From: Octopus sinensis
Taxonomy: Eukaryota
Direction of reading: 5' to 3'
NCBI RefSeq assembly: GCF_006345805.1
Contig: NC_043003.1
Coordinates: 40,424,001 to 40,488,000, forward strand
DNA length: 64,000 nt
Shown here one piece after another: positions 41,770-56,231 of this stretch. Positions within the stretch are counted from its first letter, which is position 1. Every line of letters begins with the position of its first letter. Both the position numbers and the translations under genes were made by a program. The notes under the pieces were generated by a model that saw nothing but the letters and a program-made list of their open reading frames with translations, was not told the DNA's origin and searched no databases.

Positions 41770-42125
41770 TGTGACACTGGGGTAAAATATACTAAGCCCA
41801 GATTACCCATCATGGCAACCCGTCTGATGAGGTACACCACACACATGCACCACAACCATATGTGCGCGACATGGTGATCTCATATCAAGATAAACCGCGC
41901 ATGACCTCGCAGGTGGGGCCCAGTTCAAATTTTCTTCAGGTCGAGTAGCCCATTCCACTCAAAAGTTCCCCGAATAAGGGTTGTTTAAGGATATTGAACA
42001 AAACACCAATGTTTCTGGAGGTGAATTATCCCAAACTCCCCAAATTCCTCTCAACACATGGCTATGATGCTCCCCCACTACTTCTGCTCGTCATCACAGA
42101 TGCACATATCGTCAGCCACTAAGGT
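41770..42125 (-). mobile_element. element family C
   Basis: Reverse-strand match to 22020-22370 with (TTA)n at its 3' side. Confidence 0.85.
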
Positions 42126-42448
42126 ACGTGTTTAGCTGCTTATGCCTCAACTGCTTATGCCTTATGCCTTGTGATACTCTTCCCAAGGACCCAGTAACTT
42201 CATCGTCTTCATTTTCCATAGTCTGACTATTCCGTACTTAAGAGGGTTGTAGCTATCTATCTATCTATCTATCTATATTTTAGCCTTCTTCTTCTCTTCT
42301 CTTCTTGTTCTTCTTGTTCTTCTTCTTCTTCTTCTTCTTCTTGTTCTTCTTCTTTTCTTCTTCTTCTTCTTCTCTTCTTCTCTTGGTTCTTCTTCTTGTT
42401 CTTCTTCTTCTTCTCCTCCTCCTCCTCCCCCTTGCTGTTATTACCATT

Positions 42449-42655
42449 AAGACGGCGATCTGGCAGAACCGTTAACACCCAGAACAAAATGTTCCACGGC
42501 ATTTAGGTCATCTTCGTGTTCTGAGCTCAAATTCTGCCGAGGTCCACAATGCCTTTCATCCTGTCGGGGTCGATAAAATAAGTAACAGTTGAATACTGGA
42601 GCTATTCGACTATCCCTCTCTCCCAGATTTCAAACATTTTACCTATAGTAGAAAG
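42449..42655 (+). mobile_element. SINE family B
   Basis: Head, core and tail present. Confidence 0.8.
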
Positions 42656-42939
42656 TATTATTATCATTATTGTTATGGGCGTTCATATTCTGGTTTTTGT
42701 TGTTGCAGTTCCATCTCCGATTTAATTAGAATTTGTTATTAAATTTCCTTTGAGATCTGGATACAAGTTTTATTTTATTGCTGTAGGTTTATACCTATTA
42801 TTTTATTGCTTTCGTTGTGTCAAACTTAGAAGTGTTGACTTGTTACCGTATTATTGTAGTTGCTGTTGTCGTTGTTGTTGCTGTTATTATTATTATTGTT
42901 GTTGTTGTTGTTATTGTTGTTGTTTTGTTGTTGTTGTTG

Positions 42940-42994
<55 letters not shown>

Positions 42995-43209
42995 CATTAT
43001 TATCTACTGAGATTGTTTACATTTTTGTATTATGTTGTCATTATTCTGTTTTTGAATACAGCATTTTGTTTATGTTGTCATTAGATTCCCGTTCTGCATT
43101 TTGATCATATTTATTTCTAATCAATTGTTACTACTTTTTCAAAATTCAATTTGCGAATGGAGATAACATTATCAATTCCGTGAAATAACAAAAAATAATA
43201 TTAAAGTGG

Positions 43210-43373
43210 ATGGCTGTGTGGTAAGTAGCTTGCTTACCAACCACATGGTTCCGGGTTCAGTCCCACTGCATGGCACCTTGGGCGAGTGTCTTCTACTATA
43301 GCCTCTGGCCGACCAAAGCCTTGTGAGTGGATTTAGTAGATGGAAACTAAAAGAAGCCCGTCGTATATATGTA

Positions 43374-43448
<75 letters not shown>

Positions 43449-43680
43449 ATGTATATTTGTGTGTATGTTTGTGTGTCTGTTTGTCCCCCAACATTGCTTG
43501 ACAACCGATGCTGGTGTGTTTACGTACCCGTAACTTAGCGGTTCGGCAAAAGAGACCGATAGAATAAGTACTAGGCTTACAAAGAATAACTCCTCGGGTC
43601 GATTTTCTCGACTAAGGGCGGTGCTCCAGCATGGCCACAGTTAAATGACCCAAACAAGTAAAAGAGTAAAAGAGTAAAGA
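43210..43680 (+). mobile_element. SINE family A with internal (TATC)n
   Basis: Full-length architecture. Confidence 0.92.
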
Positions 43681-43771
43681 GAAAGAGATATTGATGATAT
43701 GAGAAACATGGTGATGCTACTACTACTAATATTACAACTACTAATGCTTTCTGCTACAACAACAACAAAAA

Positions 43772-43828
<57 letters not shown>

Positions 43829-43849
43829 TACTACTACTACTACTACTAA

Positions 43850-43970
43850 TCCTTTCTACTAGAGGCACAAGACCTGAAATTTTGGGTGAGGGGACTAGTC
43901 GATTACGTTGATCCCCCAGTATTTCACTGGTACTTAGTTTATCGACCCCAAAAGGATGAAAGGCAAAGTC
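43850..43970 (-). mobile_element. SINE family B, 3' half
   Basis: Core and tail. Confidence 0.75.
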
Positions 43971-44045
43971 AACAACAACAGCAACAACTACAACAACAAC
44001 AGCAACAACAACAATAATGATAACAATAATAATAATATTAATAAC

Positions 44046-44445
44046 TGCCCGGATGCAGTACCGAGCAGTAGCTCCCATGGCTTCTGATCTTATCTGATTG
44101 TAAGTTTTATCATGCACATTGTTTTGTCTTGGTTTAAAAGATGGAGAATAGGAAATATTATGCTCAATACTTCCGATTTGCTTGTCAGTTGTTTGACCTT
44201 AACCAGTTGAGTATGTCCCTAAGTGCCTGACGATATGTGCATATCTGATCACGAGCAGGAGTAGCGAGAAACATCATAGACATGTGTTAAGAGGAATTCT
44301 TTGGAGTTTGAATAATTCACTTCTGGAAACATGGGTGTTTCGTTCAACATCCTTAAACAAACCTTATTCAAGGACCTTTGAGCGAGATGAGCCACTCATC
44401 CTGGATAAATTCTTACTCGCAAGGTCATGCGCTGTTTATTTTGAC
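44046..44445 (+). mobile_element. element family C, 3'-truncated
   Basis: Starts 'gcccggatgcagtaccgagcagtagctc' after an AAT-rich tract. Confidence 0.85.
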
Positions 44446-44446
44446 A

Positions 44447-45475
44447 AAATGGATAGAAAAACCAGGTAAGTGATGAGAATGGACAAGGAACTTCATCCAA
44501 AAAGTGATATCGACAGACCGTATGTACGTATGAAAAGGGAGGAAGATCTGTGTTGTCAACGAAGAGTACAGTTTGGGATCGTTCAGCAGAGTGAGGCCTT
44601 ACTTGTGAAAATATGACGCACCCATAAATAATTAAGGAACACGGTGAAGGAAAAGAATAAGCAGCTGTAAAATGAAAACAATACATGGACAATGTATCAG
44701 AGAAATAGAAGGGAAAGACAAGACCAACATTTGGAAGTGGTTAAAGAAAAGTGATCTTAAAGGATGCATTGTTGAATTGATATGCAACACTCAGGAATAA
44801 GCTCTGAGAGCTAATTACACAAAATTCCAAATTGATAAGTGCAGTGTATCGTCGGTTTGTAGGATGTGCTGCAGCAAAAAGGAAACAATTTAACATGTTG
44901 TGAGGGAGTAGTGCAAATTGGCCCAGAACCACAACAAAAGGAGGCACAATAACGTGGCTAAGTTCGTTCACTGGAAATTGTGTGAAAAGTCCGGTCCTGG
45001 AAGAACACGGAAATTATACGAACATGAATCAGAAGACGTCACTGATAATAATGAACATAAAATCTTGTGGGATTTTACAATCAGATATTGCCATACCTGG
45101 GAATGCACGCGTAGGTGACAAAGAGCTGAAAAAGAGGGGAAAAAAGTCAAGTTTCTAGAAGTCGAAATTGTAATAATGTGGGCAATGAAGAGAGTACCTG
45201 TCGTTCCAGTTAACAGCCAAGTTCGAGAAATATGTCGGAGAAACTGGAATTGACATGAGGATAGAGCATGCCCCCAAAAGACAGCTCTGTCGGGGAGAGT
45301 TAGGATTTTGAGATTGTTGCTTTGATGATGAGTATCTTCCATGATACTTAACACCTAAGTACCAAGTCCTATAAAGCGTGGAAAGGGTTCCTGTGAGATC
45401 TTTGACAACAGGATGCTGTCCGCTCTCACACAATTAACCAGAGCAAGTAAAATCGAGAGCTCTGACAAGTTAAAT
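44447..45475 (+). mobile_element. R4/Dong-clade LINE, 3' portion
   Basis: Aligns by eye to 25090-25720 (MDRKT, KSDLKG, RH.N.AK..HW.LCEK, YEH..E.VT). It then continues with ILWDFTI and its own 3' end. Confidence 0.85.
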
Positions 45476-45520
45476 ATAACTATGATAATGAAACTACTAC
45501 TACTACTACTACTACTACTA

Positions 45521-45552
<32 letters not shown>

Positions 45553-45576
45553 GAATACTAATATTGATAATGATAG

Positions 45577-45840
45577 TGGCCGACCAAAGCCTTGTGAGTG
45601 GGTTTGGTAAATGGAATCTGAAAGATGCGTGAGTGTGTGCGTATATATATATGTTTGTGTGTTTGTCTTTGTCACCCCCACCATCGCTTGACGATCGATG
45701 TTGGTGTGCTTACGTCCCCGTAACTTAGCGGTTCGGCAAAAAAGAACGATAGAATAAGTGTAAGGGTCGATTTGTTCGACTAAAGGTGTACCCCAGCATG
45801 GTCGTAGTCAAATGACTGAAACAAATAAAAGAATAAAAGA
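45577..45840 (+). mobile_element. SINE family A, 5'-truncated
   Basis: Runs from 'ggccgaccaaagccttgtgagtgg' to the tail. Confidence 0.85.
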
Positions 45841-46317
45841 ATATTGTATGAGAAAGGAGAACAATTCATATAATTATCTTCCAGATATCTTGTTTTATTG
45901 ACCTAATTTCTGTTCAGAACCGTGGTACATTGAACTAGTTTCCGTCGAATATTTTCTCTGTCAACATTCTACCTTAATGAATTATTAAATGAATAAATAA
46001 ATGAATAAATAAATAAACAATAAAGAACAAATCTGATAAAGTGCACTAGTATCATGTTATATCGTGTCAGTTTTGTTTACATTTTAAATGATAATATATC
46101 AATCTATTTTGCAATATATACCAATATAAAGTCGATATCAAAAGCACTCTTGTTTAAACAAATTTAGCTTTAAAGCGAACATAAAGTTCACACGCATATA
46201 TGAAGATATAAATAAATATATACTAAGGTATACTCACACATATATATGTATTTATATATATAAGTACACTCACACACATATATACATATATGTATATATA
46301 CATACATACATTCATAT

Positions 46318-46388
<71 letters not shown>

Positions 46389-46974
46389 TATATACATACA
46401 CATACGCATACACATGTATATGCATATGTATATATATGTCTATATACACAATAGGCATATGTGTGTTTGCCCGCACTCTTTGTCTTCACATGCGCATGCG
46501 TTTGACACAACAAAAAGGAAAAAAAAAGAAAACAAAAAGAAGAAAGATCACGTGCATGTAAAATGGTAACTTAGGCAGTTGACAAAATATTTGACAAAAT
46601 GTGGATCAGACTGAGAAATGCGATGGAGTAGCTATGGCCGGTGCTAATCCACGGCAGGCCGTGCCCCTGTATGGCTGCAGTCCAATGACTGAAACTTACA
46701 AAGCAAGAAGATATACATGTATGTATGTATGTATGTATGTATGTATGTATGTATGTATGTATGTATGTATGTATGTATGCATGTGTGTGTGTGTGTGTGT
46801 ATGTTTGTATATATATATGTGTGTGTATGTAAGTGTGTATATATATACATGTGTGTGTATACACACACACATATATATGATGGTATACATACATACCTAC
46901 ATACCTACCTACCTACCTACATACATACATACATACATACATACATACATACCTACATATATATATATATATAT

Positions 46975-47050
<76 letters not shown>

Positions 47051-47389
47051 AGCTCTATATACATACTTTCACAAAGAATAGATATATAAATCATTTATAG
47101 AAGACAAGTTCTATTCATTGTAAATTTTCTTACAAATCGTGATAGTGTCTCGATGTCACTGAACGCGTCACCATCACGTTGGATAATAATGAAACAAAAG
47201 AAAGGGAAATGGAAACAATAAACACAGCTTGTCAATTGTCTAAGTTACCATTTTACATTGTATCTTCGACTAATTCTCCGAGTGTTGGCTACTGGTCAAT
47301 ATATGCAGGCATACGTCCATATGTACTTAAATAAATACGCACAATATATATGTACATACGTACATACGTACATGCATACATACAGACTA

Positions 47390-47650
47390 CAGATTCGGGC
47401 CATCTCTGGAACTGTAAAAATCTGTAAAACTTTCCAGACGTTTATCATTTAAATGCATATGAAGATGTATAGATATGCAAGGATATGTATGAGAATGCAT
47501 ACATAAAACAAAACATACAAATCTGCACATATACATAGATCCATACAAATTACCATGTTGATGCTGTTGAAATTTCAATGAAAGAGCCTTGGATCTAGGT
47601 TAGAAACCGGCCCTTTCTCTATTGGCAAGAAATCTTCAAATAAAACTGAA
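47390..47650 (-). mobile_element. E+F module element in (TACA)/(TACC)n context
   Basis: Reverse complement of the modules at 4490-5330, in the same E-then-F order. Confidence 0.75.
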
Positions 47651-48329
47651 TAATTACCTACATACCTACTTACTTACCTACCTACCTACCTAGCTACCTA
47701 CCTACCTACATACATACATACATACATACATATTTATGTATATATTTATATATTAATGCTTGTTTTTTAGTTAAGCTATATAGAAACAAAATTGAAGAAT
47801 TGTTCAAAACATTTTGTAGAGTTCGTTTATTAACCTTTTTCATAGAGAAGACTGAAAGTGAATTCGAAATTTCGACAGCTTGACAAAGGCGAGCAAACTG
47901 AAACTTCGAAGTCTTTGTCAACCAGTTCCTTGTAAAAGTTTAATATACATACGTACCTACATACAAACGTATATATATGCACAACAAGGACCGAATGTTT
48001 GCTGGAAATGGAAGTGGAATGTATACTGGCAAAGATGTGTGCAGGCAGCGAATAAAAAAAATGAACTCTAGGCATACACTGGGACAGGAACTGTCAAACA
48101 CCCTCCCCCCTGCAACGTGTAGGTGTGGATATCTTCAAGGAGAGCCTCGACAAATTTTTACCTTAAATACTAAAAGGACCCACATCGCGGCAGGAGGAAC
48201 AAAGAACAAACCCGTCCAAGTCGCTACTTCACCAAAAACAGTTCTGGAGAGGAATTCAAACATACTGAAGGGTGGTGCTCCAGCATGGCTTCAGCCTCTG
48301 GCTGAAACCGGTAGAGAATAAAAGAGAAC

Positions 48330-48620
48330 AGATAAAAGATACCCTCAGAACCGACTGATTTCATTCCACCATTAATCAAGCCAACAGTCTTCACTCGTCA
48401 CTCGTCACTCTTCCTCTCGTTACTCATATCGTGTCTCACCACACTAGGACACTAACCACACCCAGTCCTTTCTACCCATACCTTCACTCCTCTGGAATTC
48501 TCGCCCTGACCATGCTTTTCGTGCAATCAATAAATTCTGCTTGTTTAAAAACATCAACCAAGTCGATCTCATCGTCTCGGATGGCCTGCAATGGTAAAAT
48601 TTATCAGCTGCTTCCCCGAG
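48330..48620 (+). mobile_element. L2/Jockey-group LINE 3' remnant
   Basis: Translation TNHTQSFLPIPSLLWNSRPDHAF..FK matches the SFxPRTxxLWNxLP motif. Confidence 0.55.
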
Positions 48621-49221
48621 ATAAAACATTGATAAAATCCTCTGAAATTAGTCACTATGAATATATATACGGAACTAATAACTGTTTTAATCGTGTACGT
48701 GCGCGTGTATGTGTATGTGTGTATACATATACACGCACATATATATGTGCGTGTATATATATATACTTGTGCGTATGTATTGCATATATATCTATGTATA
48801 ACGTTATGTATATATATATATATATATAATATAATATATATATATATCTATATATATTAATACAACGCTTATATGTATAGTACAAGTGATACAGGGCCGT
48901 GTTAGTGGGTATGTTGCTCTTTTATGTCTCAAAATGGTATCTATGATGTCTAATATCATTTCCATTAAAGTCTTAGAAGTTAATTCACAACACAACCACA
49001 GAATTAATTCATATCGGAACCATAATGCAGTACCGCAGTGCTCGGTCTCTGTAAAATTTGTACGTCACATAAAACACAACAGTATTCTAGTATAGAATAG
49101 AAATACACACACACAAATACACACACACACACAACGTATATATACACACATATGCTTATATAGACAACATGTTAATATATATATATATATATATATATCC
49201 ATACATACACGTATATATGTA

Positions 49222-49282
<61 letters not shown>

Positions 49283-49344
49283 GATATATGTGTATATATA
49301 TAGTTGTATATATATATTATGTATACTTGTAAGTGTAGGTATGA

Positions 49345-49378
<34 letters not shown>

Positions 49379-50344
49379 ATGTATGCATATATGCACATAA
49401 GAAAAACCTCACAAGAACAATTGGAAGCTGAAAACCGACTTTATTGAAATTACCAAATTACGAAAACAAGATTCTGTCCGTTTTTCACAATTGCTCTACC
49501 GTTTCATTTGAGAATTTCCTTTGTACAAAGAAAAGCACAGAAAGACAATAGGTGGTTACCTTGTCTTTCCTGATGTTTCGGTAAGTTATATTTCATTTAA
49601 TATAAATGCTGTCTTGTATCTCTTTACGGATTCTTTGATTTTCGTCTGAGAAATGTTAATATTGATAATAAAAAGTAATAATATCTACACATAAACGAAT
49701 GAGACATTTTTGATCATATCACATCTAATTTTTCATTCTCTATATCTGTTGCATAATTACATGGCCGAAGTCCAATGATTGAAACCATTAGAAAGGATGT
49801 ATGTATGTCTGTGTGCGTACACACTCCCTCACACACACACATACACACACACACAAACACGCACACACACACACAAACACACACACACACACACACACTC
49901 AGACGCATGCACACACACATACACTCAGACGCACACACAAACACCTTATGTACATATATATGCATATTATATATATGTACGTAACTATACATACTCACGC
50001 ACACATATATGTGTATATATGAATAATATATATATGTGTGTACTCATGTATACATACACACACGTCCACGTAAATATGTAAATATGTAAGTATATATATA
50101 TACACACATACATAGTATTATATAATAATATATATATAAGATATATATAGATGTATATATATATATCCATACATGCCACATGCACACACACTCACACACA
50201 CAGATATGTATGTGTATGTATATACATATATATATATTACATATATACATATATATATATATACACTCATATATGTATACACAAATATATCTATACCTTT
50301 ACGTATTTACCTATATCTCGTTGTCTGTATTTATGCATATATGC

Positions 50345-50410
<66 letters not shown>

Positions 50411-50559
50411 TTTATATACATGTGCATGCCTATGTGTTGCCTGCGTGTGAGAATATGTTTTTTTGCGTGTATTATTGAAGATCTTAGAATATTTATGTGG
50501 CATGAAAAATGCCTGTATAACAAAGTAGCAAGTTATATCCTCTCTCTAAGGAATTCGGT

Positions 50560-51900
50560 CTATGAAACCAAATGATGTTTCTGATCCTGATCCATTTGTC
50601 ATCATCAAATATATATAATAGTTTTTGTTTGTAAAGTTCTTTTGCCGTGCCTCATTAGGTAAGCGTCGCTCAATTAAATAGTTGGAGAAATCGTTGGATC
50701 CTCTTCGACGTACATTGATATATTGTTTTAAGTTAATTTTTAATTATTGTCAGTTGGTAGTGAGTATAGTAATTTTAAATAAGCTATATCTCCATTTGCC
50801 ATTCTATAGAGTTTGTGTTTGCCTGCAATGAAAGAATATAAAAAAAAGGTTAACGATTCTAAGTTTAGTGTTAATTGTAATACTTGAAATATGATTATTA
50901 AATTTTCTCTAAATATATACCATACTTGAACATTTATGCTCGTAGCAACAGTTAACCTATCGTTTTTATATCATCTCTGTGGGTGGAGTTCATTCTTTGA
51001 TTTTAAGTGTGTCTAAAATTTACTGGTCGAGAAATCTGCATATTTAGTTGAAAGAAATTTACTCATGGTAACTTCAAAAAGTTTCACGTTTTCCTTCTTG
51101 ATTTCCACACAATGAAACAATAGCAACTAATAATACTGTTATCGTTCCTTTAAGGCTGCTGGGAGATGCGATTCACTAATTTAGTAGAAATATTTCTTTA
51201 TCGAATTGATTGAGCTTAACATTATTTCTATTTTCATTAAGCCACTTTACTTCAGTCCTGCTACTGTTTCATTGCGATAATTATAAGGAATTTCTTATAT
51301 CTAAGCCCATGAAGGTGAGAATACTCTTGCTTACTATTTCTGTTCATTTTTAGTAGTCTGCAAAATTTGCAGTTGGATAAAAATTGTGTTTGTAGACTTT
51401 TAAAAGAAAATTTATCAAGCGCTTGGCTAACTACGCTACTCTGACGTCTAATTTAAGACATGAGACGAAGTGTATTTTGCATTGTAATTAATTGTACAGT
51501 ATTTTTGTAAATGTTGGTTCTGTTTCCAAACAATGGTTTGCAGTATGTGGTGCTATAGGATTCTGTTTTAGATTGATGGAAAATATGCCTATTCTGCGTG
51601 TGTCTCCAGTAGATGTTATGTGCTCATTTCAAAGAATATTCATAATAAGAACAAGACTGACAGCCAGAAATTAATTACTACAATACCGTATACAACTCTC
51701 GTTTACATCCTCATACATAAACCAGCTGTATTCGAGCTGTGGTTATTAATTTCCGACTGTCAACCTAGCATCGTTTTGTAAATTTAATTATTTTTGTCAT
51801 AATTTCATTATATATTTCTCTAAGAGCATGTTGATACTAGCTATGGCAGTTGAAAGCGATGTAATTGGTCCCTGATGTTTCTTTGATGAAAGACAACAAT
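50560..51900 (-). mobile_element. possible very old L1-like LINE remnant
   Basis: T-rich plus strand and a weak 'FIKET' (QETH-like) motif near 51880. No ORF. Confidence 0.25.
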
Positions 51901-52102
51901 AGTGGGTTCGTTCCTCGCTAAAACCTGTTGATGCTCTGATTTATCGAGGTAGTCTTACTTCAAAGTGAAGCTAAGTAAATATATATTAAGCATATCGCTT
52001 ACGATTCTGTTCGCATATATATCCATAGGTGTCCATGCCAGTTCCTCGGTAGAGAACCTGGGCTTCAAAGCATGAGTATAATTGCGTGTGTGTGTATGTG
52101 TG

Positions 52103-52500
52103 AGTGTGGTAAGTAGCTTGCTTACCAACCACATGGTTCCGGGTTCAGTCCCACAGCGTGGCACCTTGGGCAGGTGTCTTCTACTATAGCCTCGGGCCGA
52201 CCAAAGCCTTGTGAGTGGATTTGGTAGACGGAAACTGAAAGAAGCCCGTCGTATATATGTATATATATATATATGTGTGTGCGTATGTATCTGTGTTTGA
52301 CACCCTACCATTGCTAGACAACCGATGCTGGTGTGTTTATGTCCCCGTCACTAAGCGGTTCGGCAAAAGAGACCGATAGAATAAGTACTGGGCTTACGAA
52401 GAGTAAGTCCTGGGGTCGATTTGCTCGACTAAAGGCGGTGCTCCAGCATGGCCGCAGTCAAATGACTGAAACAAGTAAAAGAGTAAGAGTAAAAGAGAAT
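52103..52500 (+). mobile_element. SINE family A (young-looking)
   Basis: Near-identical to 53310-53700. Confidence 0.92.
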
Positions 52501-52890
52501 ATAGTTAATTAAAATAAACAAACAATCAAAAAAACAGAAAAGACGGACGTGAGGTCGCGCACAAGAAATATATTAATTAGACGCTCGGTGAAGGGAAAGA
52601 GTTGTTAACGCTTCGAGCATAGATCTTCGTCAGAAAATGCAAAGTCCAAAAAGAAAGAAGAAAAATAAGGAAAAATAGCCAACAATCCACGTGCGGTTAT
52701 ATATATATATATAATCAGACTCAGTAACGACACCTCGGTCTCGTGCCACTTTCGCACATAGTCATTTCCTGCAACACCTGCCAGAGTTCGAACTGACCTT
52801 GTACAGAGGCCACTCGGACTCACGCCTCTTTCGAGAGCAGAAATTACTTTCTCTCTGCATTCTTCAGTCCCTCATGGTCTCAATTCCCCT
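52500..52890. mobile_element. Penelope-like fragment: inverted terminal segment with hammerhead relic plus GIY-YIG C-terminus
   Basis: Plus strand reads NDTSVSCHF...LYRGHSDSRLFREQK/ITFSLHSSVPHGLN (Penelope C-terminus with PxGLN). Minus strand carries CTGACGA-agatctatgctc-GAAGCGTT at ~52606-52633. Confidence 0.65.
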
Positions 52891-53309
52891 ATACCCACCT
52901 TCACGCAAATTTATATCCACCCCCCCACAACATTGCAGTGCTCCTCCTTTTCTATCCTCTCACCGCTACACTGTTAAACTCATTACCTACGCCGCACCCA
53001 CCATTATGGCCCTACAGCTTATACCTACACCTACACATATGTAATAGCACACACACACACACACTCTCTCTCTCTCTCTCCTTCCCACTGGAGAACACAC
53101 CAGTACCCAAACTCTCACTTCCTTTCCTCCACGTACACTAGTATTTATGGAATCACGCACCTACAATTCTCAATCCCTACCACCCTTGTCACCTCTAATT
53201 CATCCAAGTCAACCCATATATATACATCCCCCGACAACACAGACGTACGTCAGATAGCCTCACAAACACAGGAGCGCCATTACACCCATACACATACGCA
53301 CAAGCACAA

Positions 53310-53700
53310 GAGTGGCTGTGTGGTAAGTAGCTTGTTTACCAACTACATGGCTCCGGGTTCAGTCCCACTGCGTGGCACCTTGGGCAAGTGTCTTCTACTA
53401 TAGCCTCGGGCCGACCAAAGCCTTGTGAGTGGATTTGGTAGACGGAAACTGAAAGAAGTCCGTCGTATATATGTATATATATATATATGTGTGCGTGTAT
53501 GTCTGTGTTTGCCCCCCCCCCACATCGCTTGACAACTGATGCTTGTGTGTTTATGTCCCCGTCACTTAGCGGTTCGGCAAAAGAGACCGATAGAATAAGT
53601 ACTGGGCTTACAAAGAATAAGTCCCGGGGTCGAGTTGCTCGATTAAAGGCGGTGCTCCAGCATGGCCGCAGTCAAATGACTGAAACAAGTAAAAGAGTAT
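53310..53700 (+). mobile_element. SINE family A
   Basis: Full architecture. Confidence 0.92.
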
Positions 53701-53966
53701 ACATATCAACTTCATATGTACACACTTTATCCAACAGTTCCATATACATACACCAAATGATAACAGGGGCACATACACTCGCACACATACACACACACGC
53801 ATAAACACACTCAGTATTCACGCATAAACGCACGTAATACACACGACCACAACTGTGTCACTTACCCGCTATATGCCCATAAACACACGCTTGCACACGC
53901 ACCTTGATTGCTGTTTCTTCACCTGGCAACTGTCTGTGTCTTTTGTGTTTTCTTTTTGTACAATTT

Positions 53967-54299
53967 TGCGTGGCACCTTGGGCAAGTATTTTCGGCTATA
54001 GTCTCGGTCCGACCAAAGTCTCATGACTGGATTTAGTAGACGGAAACTGAAAGAAGCCCATCGTATATATGTATATATTTCTGTGTGTGTGTGTGTCTGT
54101 GCTTGTCTTCCACCGTCGCTTGACAACCAGTTGGTGTGTTTACGTCCCCGTAACGTAGCAGTTCGGCAAAAGAACCCGATAGAATAAGTATTAAGCTGTA
54201 ATAAAATAAGTACTTGGGTCGATTTGTTCGACTAAAACCCTTCAAGACGGTGCTCCAGCATGACCGCAGTCAAATGAGTAAAACAAGTAAGAGAATAAA

Positions 54300-54300
<1 letters not shown>
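53967..54300 (+). mobile_element. SINE family A, 5'-truncated
   Basis: Runs from 'tgcgtggcaccttgggcaag' to the tail. Confidence 0.88.
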
Positions 54301-54375
<75 letters not shown>

Positions 54376-54395
54376 GTATGATAATAATATAAATA

Positions 54396-54437
<42 letters not shown>

Positions 54438-54500
54438 TTTTGCTATTTTATATATATATAATGCCAAAAGAAAAGAAATTATATCATGAATCCATTAACC

Positions 54501-54657
54501 TACAGCTGTTTCTGCTATAAGGTGTAATGTGCTCATAGTTAAATGCTTATGTATCACCTTAAATAGCACTTCAAGTCTGAAACTGCGATGAACCTATAGC
54601 GTGATACACAAACATTCAGCTATGAGTGCATTGCACCTTATGGCAGAAACAGCTGTA
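54501..54657. repeat. imperfect ~57-bp inverted repeat with GAAACAGCTGTA at both outer ends
   Basis: 'tacagctgtttctgctataaggtgtaatg...tgtatcac' pairs with 'gtgataca...cattgcaccttatggcagaaacagctgta'. Confidence 0.8.
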
Positions 54658-55069
54658 AGCTGAAGTCGATGACAGTTTCTTTGCCTCTGTCATTTTACTT
54701 TCTTATTACTGGTCTGTACTTGACACATCCCAAAATATTCATTAGGTTAATTGAGCTTTCAAACCATTACACCCGAAGAAGTGAATATATCAATCGAAGA
54801 TTATTACACACTTCCATATATCATAGCATGTATTACATAACATTGTATGAGATATGGAATAAAGTATTTCGTCCGTTTACAGAGACACTTGTAATGTCAA
54901 TTTGACTTCTTTCCTCATTTAAATTATTACTTATAGAATTATGTATGTATGTATGTATGTATATCTGTGTATGTATGCATGCATGTATGTATGTCTGTAT
55001 GTACACACGCACGCACACACACAACCATACACGCACACACGCTCACACATACATACGGACATATGTAAT

Positions 55070-55445
55070 CTTTCACTTGTTTCAATCATTAGACAGCAGC
55101 CACGCTGGAGCATTGCCTTGAAGAATTATAACCGAACGACTCGACTCAGCACTGTTGTCCTATCAGTCTCTTGGGCCGAATCGGTAAGTTACGTAGACAT
55201 AGACGCACCAACACCGGGTGTCAAGCTGGGGTAGGGGTAAACACAGATGCAAACACACACACACACATACACACTCACAAACAGACACACTCACACACAT
55301 TTATATTCGACTAGCTTCCATCTACTAAGTCCACTCACAAATGTTTGTTAGAACTGAGGCTATTATAGTAGACATTCGCCCAAGCTGCCATGTAATGGGA
55401 TTGAACCTGGAACCATGTGGTTGGGACACAAACGTTTAACCACTT
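55070..55445 (-). mobile_element. SINE family A (degenerate)
   Basis: Head and tail on the minus strand. Confidence 0.75.
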
Positions 55446-55558
55446 ATGAGCGCGCGCGCGCGTAGTTAATTTCGAAACTAACATTCCACTCTCCACCTCC
55501 AGTCGCTCCTTCGTGAAAGCAGCCGAGTAAATGAACGACAGGAAAGGTAGTGAAAGGC

Positions 55559-55607
<49 letters not shown>

Positions 55608-56091
55608 GAAAAGGTGAGAATCCGAGAGAAGGAGAAAGGGAGAGAATCCGAGGGAATGAAACAGAGTGAGAGCAAGAATGAAACTGAGATAGACAGAATA
55701 ATTCCTTGTAAAAGACGTCGAACTAGAGCTGAGAGATGAATAACTATGTGAGAGCTGATGAATATTTGAAGATTCGTAATTACAATCCACAGGTTGCTGG
55801 TCTCATGTCTTTTTTTCCTCGCTGCCGACGCAAGACTTTACCATTAACATTTCCTGTCAAACTTAATATGTTTAATTTACCTTCATTACCTCTGATGTAT
55901 TTAGTTTCTGCTATTGATGTACAAGGAAATTATGTAACAAACCATAGAACACACGGATTAATTTTCTGATATATATACTCACACACGTACATACATCCTT
56001 TTGATATATATATATATATATAAATCTATACATATATACACATACATATATGCATGTATGTGTTCTTATGTGTCTTCTCCTCACCCCGAGC

Positions 56092-56133
<42 letters not shown>

Positions 56134-56183
56134 GTGTATAATATATGTATATATATATGTATGTATGTATCCATGTGTACGTG

Positions 56184-56231
<48 letters not shown>

